Under the pieces are notes generated by a model. The model was not told the origin of the DNA and did no database searches. It was given only the letters and a program-made list of their open reading frames with translations. A stretch of DNA of 64,000 bases from Gemmatimonadota bacterium (GTDB taxonomy: Bacteria > Gemmatimonadota > Gemmatimonadetes > Palauibacterales > Palauibacteraceae): positions 1,728,001 to 1,792,000 of the forward strand of contig OZ220691.1 in the NCBI GenBank assembly GCA_965116475.1, in the 5' to 3' direction. How positions within the stretch are numbered: the first letter of the stretch is position 1; each line of letters begins with the position of its first letter. This document shows positions 58,808 to 64,000 of this stretch, in pieces. A program made the translations under genes and the position numbers.

Positions 58808-59658
58808 CCGCGCGGCGTGCGCGTGCCCGGTCCGGGGGGTCTCCGTGCATCGTGCTCCCCTACGCCGTGGCGGACGGCGCCCGCAACATGGCCGTGGACG
58901 AGGCGATGCTCGAGCTCGCCGCCGGCGGTTCGACGCTGCTCCGCTTCTATGGCTGGGAGCCTTGGTGCCTGTCGCTCGGGCGGCACCAGACGGCGCCGGA
59001 CCGGTTGCTCGGGCGTTCTCCCGCTGAACTCCGCCCCGGCGTCGACGCCGTTCGGCGGCCGACCGGCGGCCGATCCGTCTTCCACGGACCGGAGATCACG
59101 TACGCCTTCGCCTGTCCCGCACGGGCGTGGGGTGGGCCCCGGGCCGTCCTGCGAACCGTGCACCGCGCCCTGGCCGAAGGGCTGCGCGCCGTGGGCGTCC
59201 CTCTCGATACGACTCAGGGCGACGATGCGGAGGCCCGCCTCGCGAAGGCCGCCCGCATCTCCGCCGCGAGTTGCTTTCGCGATCCCGCCCCGGGCGAACT
59301 CACCGTGCGCGGCCGCAAGCTCGTGGGCAGCGCCCAGTGCCGCCGCCGCGGGAGCGTGCTTCAGCACGGGTCCATCCTCCTGGAGGACCGGCAGCGCCTC
59401 GGCGACCTGGACGAGGGCGCCGCGGCGGAGGTCTCGGGAGAGCGGCCCGCCATCGGCCTGAACGAGCTGCTCGACCCTGTGCCCGACCCGCGCCTCATCG
59501 TCGAGCGCCTCGCGGACAGCGTGGCCCGCGCCTTCGGCGCGCCCGCCACCGCCGGGACAAACGCTCCCGCGCAGGTCGCGTCCTCCCGGGCTCTGGTCCG
59601 CCTTGCCGCCCCCTACGAGCGCATCCACCGCTCCGGCGCCCGGCTCTGGAACCGGTAA
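58804..59658 (+). CDS. Lipoate-protein ligase A family (LipM-like octanoyltransferase)
   Basis: NMAVDEAML, LRFYGW, RRPTGGR.V.H, KLVGSAQ, LQHGSI. Confidence 0.85.
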   Translation: MTARRARARSGGSPCIVLPYAVADGARNMAVDEAMLELAAGGSTLLRFYGWEPWCLSLGRHQTAPDRLLGRSPAELRPGVDAVRRPTGGRSVFHGPEITYAFACPARAWGGPRAVLRTVHRALAEGLRAVGVPLDTTQGDDAEARLAKAARISAASCFRDPAPGELTVRGRKLVGSAQCRRRGSVLQHGSILLEDRQRLGDLDEGAAAEVSGERPAIGLNELLDPVPDPRLIVERLADSVARAFGAPATAGTNAPAQVASSRALVRLAAPYERIHRSGARLWNR

Positions 59659-59675
59659 CGGCCCCTTACCGCCGC

Positions 59676-59704
59676 TTGACGGTCCCGCAGACCGCTTCTA
59701 GCTT
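59676..59704 (+). promoter_or_regulatory. Putative sigma70 promoter for exbB-like gene
   Basis: TTGACG-17 nt-TAGCTT. Confidence 0.55.
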
Positions 59705-59789
59705 GGTTCCGCTCGTACTCGGGCGCATCCGCGCCGGACGTGGCGAGCCAGTCAATCGATGAACCTTACCGCTTACCGGGAGGACCACC

Positions 59790-60464
59790 TTGATCGCGTC
59801 CACACTCTGGTTGCAGGAGACACTGACGCTGGGTGAGGGTCAGACGCTCAATCTGGCGGAGATCTGGGAGGCCGGGGGTTGGATGATGTGGCCGCTGGGG
59901 GCTGCGCTCGCCATTGGGATCCTCATCATCCTCTGGAAGCTCGTCGACCTGCAGTTGAAGGGCGGCAAGAACAAGACCGTGCTCCGGGAAGCCGACGAAC
60001 AGATCGCCGCCGGCCACCTCGATGAGGCGCTCGAAGTCTGCACCGAGTCCGGCGCTCCGGCGGGGAACGTCCTCAGCGCGGGCCTCTCTCGCTACAACGA
60101 AGGGACCGACCGCGCGACGCAGGCGGTGGAGAATGCCGGCGCCATCGAAGTCGCGGGGCTCGAGAAGGGTCTCGTGTGGCTGGCGACGCTGTCGAACGTC
60201 GCTCCGCTCCTCGGCTTCCTCGGGACCGTGATCGGGATGATCATGGCCTTCCAGGCGATCGAGATCGCCGGCGAAGTGGAAGCCACGCTGGTCGCCGGCG
60301 GGATCAAGGTCGCGCTCATCACGACCGCCACCGGGCTCACGATCGCGATTCCGATCAACATCTTCCACAACTATTTCGTGACGAAGATCGACCGCCTCGT
60401 CATCGACATGGAAGAGAGTGCCCAGCGTCTCATCGACGCGCTGCACGAGCGCGCGTCCGGCTAG
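59790..60464 (+). CDS. MotA/TolQ/ExbB proton channel family protein
   Basis: APLLGFLGTVIGMI, GIKVALITTATGL.IAIP; GGAGG RBS plus TTG. Confidence 0.92.
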   Translation: MIASTLWLQETLTLGEGQTLNLAEIWEAGGWMMWPLGAALAIGILIILWKLVDLQLKGGKNKTVLREADEQIAAGHLDEALEVCTESGAPAGNVLSAGLSRYNEGTDRATQAVENAGAIEVAGLEKGLVWLATLSNVAPLLGFLGTVIGMIMAFQAIEIAGEVEATLVAGGIKVALITTATGLTIAIPINIFHNYFVTKIDRLVIDMEESAQRLIDALHERASG

Positions 60465-60521
60465 AGGAAGGAAGAGCCGGTCGCCGGGCGCGTCCCGGCG
60501 CACGCGAGGGGTTCCGAACAA

Positions 60522-60550
60522 GCGGCCCGCCATCCCGGCGGGCCGTTTTT
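60522..60550 (+). terminator. Rho-independent terminator
   Basis: GCGGCCCGCC-ATCCC-GGCGGGCCGT followed by T run. Confidence 0.8.
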
Positions 60551-60673
60551 GTCAGGGGGAGCCGGGGCGCTCCGCTTGCATCGAGGGCGCCGGAACATCG
60601 AAGTTCGGTGTCGGGTCGCGGGTCCGGACCCGGGGTGAATGGGGTGGGGACGACGTGGGAAGGAGGCCTTCCG

Positions 60674-63055
60674 GTGCATGTTCAGCGGCGAATCCGGCGC
60701 CTTGCGCGCATCCACTGGGTTCGCGGTCCCTGGCTGGGATCGCTACTGACGCTCGTCCTGGCGTCCGCGCTCGGTGCGCAGGCCGGGAACGCGTCACGCC
60801 CGTCCGGCGCCGGCGAGGTCCCGGCGGCGGCAGACTCCGACATGCTGGAGCGGGCGCGGCGCCTTCTGGATGCCGGCATGCCCGTCTCGGCATCGGCGCT
60901 GCTGGCTCCCGCGCTCGCCGCGGGCGAGGTGGAGGGCGACGAGGCCGTGCTGCTGACGGCGCGAGCCTTCGCGGACCAGCGGGCCTGGGCCTCCGTACTG
61001 CGCCTCCTCTCGGAGCGTGAGGGCTCGACCCCGGCCGCGCGGTCGCAGGCCACCCTCCTCGTGGCGCGCGCGTACGCGGGGCTCGACAGCCTGACCCGGT
61101 CCGCGGCGCACTACCGTGCCTGGCTGGGCGCGGTCGACGGAGTGCCTCCGCTCCGCGCGCGGGTGGAGTTCGCCCGCGTGTCCTACCGGCGCTACCAGTG
61201 GTTCGACGCGCGGGACCAGCTCGCCCTCGCGGAACGCGAACACCCGGACCTCGCGCCGTGGTTGCGGCTCTCGCGCCTCTATGCCCTGGCGGAGGCCGAG
61301 GACCGGGACGCCTTCGCCCTCGCCGATTCGATCGTACGCGAGGGCCGCGTCCCGGCGGATTCGGCGCTCCTCCCGGCAGCCCGCCTGGCCTTCGAACTCG
61401 AGGATCCCGCACGCGGGGCCGCGCTCGCGAGCCGCGCCGGCCGGGGGGTCCGGAACGTCCTCGCCGCCCGGCACCTCGGACCGCACTACCTGGCGATCGG
61501 GGACTCCGCCTCGGCCGCGTCGGCCTTCGCGGATGCGATCGCGAGAGGCCTCCAGACGGCGGAGACGGGACCGGCGCTCCTCGCGCTCACGCGATCCTGG
61601 CGGACGCTGCGCGATGTCGGGCGCTCCGACACCCGCGCCGGGCGTCACTCCCGCGGCGCCGGCTATCTGGCGGAGGCGCTGGAACTCGCGCCGCCGGCCG
61701 AACGACCCGGCATCGCCGAATCGCTCGCATCGGCGTACATGGCGCTGGGCGCTCCCGGTCGGGCGGCGGAGGCGCTGGCCCCGTGGACGGGGGACCCCGC
61801 TTCCGTCACCGCGCCCCGGGCCTCGCTGTGGATGCTCGCCGCCAGCATCTATCGTGCGCTCGGCCGCCACGGGGACGCCGAGCAGGCGCACGAGACGGCC
61901 GCCCGCGGCTCCGGGGATGTCGCCGCCCGCGCCGCCTACCTCCTCGCCGACCTCGAACACGACGCCGGCCGCCCCGACGTCGCCGCGGAGGGCTTCGAGC
62001 GCTCCTACCGCGCGTTCCCGGAAGCGAGCTACGGGACGCGGTCGCTGGAACGGCTCGCGCTCCTCGCGTACCACGAAGGCCGCTACGATGAGGCGCGCTC
62101 GCTCCTCGCCGAATACCGCGAGCGCTACCCGGAGGGCGAATGGGTCCAGGGCGCGATCTACTGGGGCGGCAAGGTCGCCGAGGCGCTGGACGACGCCCGG
62201 GCCGCGAGCGCCTTCTACGCCCGCGCCCTCCGCTACAACCCGCTCGACTACTACGCCATCCTCGCCGAGCCCCGCACCGGCACGGATCGCGTGGCCACGA
62301 TCGGGCTGCGGGAGGAAGAGCCGCTGCCCGACCTCGATCCCATCCACGCGACCGCGCTCCGGCGCATGAACACGCTGCGAGAGGTGGGGTGGCCGGAGCG
62401 GGCGCGCCGGGAATACCGACGCGCCCGCGAGCGCGGGCCGTCCACGTACGGGGCGATCCTTGCCTTCGCCCACGCCCTCAACGAGGCGGAATGGACGCGG
62501 GAGGGGATTCGCGAAGGGTGGCGCGCGCAGGCGATTCGCGGCCGCTGGACCCGGCCGCTCCTCGAAGCGATCTATCCGCTGCCCTTCCGCGAGGCCCTCG
62601 TCGCCGCAGCCAGGCGGAACGGACTCCCGCCCCACTTCGTCGCCGGTCTCTCGCGTCGCGAGTCGATGTTCGACCCCGAGATCCGTTCCGTCGCCAACGC
62701 CATCGGTCTCATGCAGCTTCTGCCGGAGACGGCCCGCAACGTCTCCTCCCGCGCCGGTCTCTCAGGCTATCGCCGGCACCAGCTCACGGTCCCGCAGGTC
62801 AACCTGATGCTCGGGACCCGCTACCTGTCGGAAGTTCTCGGCCGCTTCGACGGCTTCGATATCGCGGGGATGATCTCCTACAACGCCGGTCCCCATCGCT
62901 ACACGCGCTGGCGCGATTTTCCCGAGTTCTCGGATGACGAAAAACTGGTCGAGCGGATCCCCTACCGGGAGACGCGCGAGTACGTGCGGGCCGTCACCGA
63001 ACTGGCCGAAATCTACCGTTTCCTGTACCCGGATCTGGGGGTCTCGAACCCCTGA
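60674..63055 (+). CDS. Soluble lytic transglycosylase (Slt) with TPR-like helical repeats
   Basis: AGGAGG RBS plus GTG, signal peptide, [33 protein letters not shown]. Confidence 0.88.
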   Translation: MHVQRRIRRLARIHWVRGPWLGSLLTLVLASALGAQAGNASRPSGAGEVPAAADSDMLERARRLLDAGMPVSASALLAPALAAGEVEGDEAVLLTARAFADQRAWASVLRLLSEREGSTPAARSQATLLVARAYAGLDSLTRSAAHYRAWLGAVDGVPPLRARVEFARVSYRRYQWFDARDQLALAEREHPDLAPWLRLSRLYALAEAEDRDAFALADSIVREGRVPADSALLPAARLAFELEDPARGAALASRAGRGVRNVLAARHLGPHYLAIGDSASAASAFADAIARGLQTAETGPALLALTRSWRTLRDVGRSDTRAGRHSRGAGYLAEALELAPPAERPGIAESLASAYMALGAPGRAAEALAPWTGDPASVTAPRASLWMLAASIYRALGRHGDAEQAHETAARGSGDVAARAAYLLADLEHDAGRPDVAAEGFERSYRAFPEASYGTRSLERLALLAYHEGRYDEARSLLAEYRERYPEGEWVQGAIYWGGKVAEALDDARAASAFYARALRYNPLDYYAILAEPRTGTDRVATIGLREEEPLPDLDPIHATALRRMNTLREVGWPERARREYRRARERGPSTYGAILAFAHALNEAEWTREGIREGWRAQAIRGRWTRPLLEAIYPLPFREALVAAARRNGLPPHFVAGLSRRESMFDPEIRSVANAIGLMQLLPETARNVSSRAGLSGYRRHQLTVPQVNLMLGTRYLSEVLGRFDGFDIAGMISYNAGPHRYTRWRDFPEFSDDEKLVERIPYRETREYVRAVTELAEIYRFLYPDLGVSNP

Positions 63056-63077
63056 GACGGTCTTTCCCGATGGCGTG

Positions 63078-63106
63078 TTGACGGGTCCGAATTGCCCGCA
63101 TAGCAT
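63078..63106 (+). promoter_or_regulatory. Putative sigma70 promoter for cold-shock gene
   Basis: TTGACG-17 nt-TAGCAT, giving a 5' UTR of about 90 nt. Confidence 0.6.
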
Positions 63107-63203
63107 AGCAACGTCTCGTGTCCAGCGGCGCAGAAAAACGACGCACAAACAACTGTGCGGAGCGCCCGCAAACGCCCATCACCCGAGGTCCGCAGGAGGC
63201 AGG

Positions 63204-63410
63204 ATGCCATCAGGTACGGTCAAGTGGTTCAACGACTCCAAGGGGTACGGTTTCATCGAGCAGCCCGATGGCGGCGATGACGTCTTCGTGCACTATTCGT
63301 CCATCGACATGGACGGGTACAAGACGCTCGTCGAAGGGATGGCCGTGGACTACGAGTTCACGCAGGGCGACAAGGGCCTGCAAGCGACCCGCGTCGTGCG
63401 CACTGCCTGA
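63204..63410 (+). CDS. Cold-shock domain protein
   Basis: [31 protein letters not shown]. Confidence 0.95.
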   Translation: MPSGTVKWFNDSKGYGFIEQPDGGDDVFVHYSSIDMDGYKTLVEGMAVDYEFTQGDKGLQATRVVRTA

Positions 63411-63442
63411 CCGCTGACCGGAGGCCATGGTCGGAGCCTCAC

Positions 63443-63475
63443 GCGCCCCGCCCCACCCGGCGGGGCGCTTTTCTT
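63443..63475 (+). terminator. Rho-independent terminator
   Basis: GCGCCCCGCC-CCACCC-GGCGGGGCGC followed by TTTTCTT. Confidence 0.8.
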
Positions 63476-63556
63476 GGTCGCCGGGCTTTGCCGCGAGCGG
63501 CCCCCCGACCATACTGGATGCCATGTTGACCAACCCCGACAGCCCGTGACCCCCGT

Positions 63557-64000
63557 GTGGCGGCGTCCGGCGTGGTGAAGCCCCGACAGGCCGCTCGCCC
63601 GTCGCTCTTCCTGCTCGATGGCTACGCGCTCATCTACCGCGCGTTCTTCGCCATGATCAACCGGCCGCTCACCACCTCGAGTGGCGAGAACACTTCGGCC
63701 CCCTACGGAATCGCCCGCTTCCTCATGCGGCTGATCGGCGATCACGCACCCGACTATCTCGGCGTCGCGTTCGATGCCGGCGACAGCTTCCGCACGGACA
63801 TCTACCCGGAGTACAAGGCCACGCGAGAGAAGATGCCCGACGAACTCCGGGCCTCGCTCCCCAGGTGCCGGGAGGTCTTCGACGCCTTCCGGGTGCCCGT
63901 CATCGAGGCCGAAGGGTGGGAGGCGGACGACGTCATCGGGACCCTCGCGCAGCAAGCCGCGGGCCAGGGTCTGCGCACCGTCATCGTCTCTGGAGACAAG
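63557..64000 (+). CDS. polA: DNA polymerase I, 5'-3' exonuclease domain, 3'-truncated (absent from ORF track)
   Basis: Manual translation LFLLDGYALIYRAFFA...FRTDIYPEYKATR...EADDVIGTL...IVSGDK; GTG start approximate. Confidence 0.9.
   Translation, partial: MAASGVVKPRQAARPSLFLLDGYALIYRAFFAMINRPLTTSSGENTSAPYGIARFLMRLIGDHAPDYLGVAFDAGDSFRTDIYPEYKATREKMPDELRASLPRCREVFDAFRVPVIEAEGWEADDVIGTLAQQAAGQGLRTVIVSGDK

Noticed and set aside
63523..63549. Programmed frameshift or uORF at the polA start (ATG TTG ACC ... TGA)
   Set aside because: In-frame GTG starts exist downstream and no slippery site is evident; insufficient support.

Overview
High-GC bacterial chromosomal window spanning the replication origin. 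It is probably Gemmatimonadota; this is an inference from gene content and order, not a computed assignment. The origin region holds parA-parB with two parS palindromes, yidC-yidD-rnpA-rpmH, dnaA, an oriC with DnaA-trios, and dnaN. The rest is mostly housekeeping: S9 and M16 peptidases, icd, an NAD-linked formate dehydrogenase module with an in-frame UGA (selenocysteine) and SECIS, a swivel-first aconitase-family fusion, 2-oxoacid dehydrogenase E1beta/E2, an actinobacterial Sdh1-type succinate dehydrogenase, gcvH-gcvP, mutY, dapF, a cold-shock gene and the start of polA. I saw no tRNA, rRNA, CRISPR array, IS or prophage. Best leads: (1) a tightly coupled spt-bCerS-reductase-AUR1-like operon, probably for ceramide or phosphoceramide synthesis, running into an ECF sigma/anti-sigma/PDZ module; (2) a His-rich CxxC...xQPP leader ORF resembling DUF2946/CruR in front of a His/Met-rich outer-membrane barrel; (3) an unannotated ~250-nt structured minus-strand transcript upstream of dapF, with an 11-nt Shine-Dalgarno and a 21-codon ORF; (4) an oriC with Bacillus-like unwinding geometry but TCGACA-type DnaA boxes, alongside substitutions in DnaA domain IV; (5) a parA-parB-M23-bactofilin operon. 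Start codons were picked by eye from RBS and gene overlaps. All function calls rest on motif recognition, without database searches.
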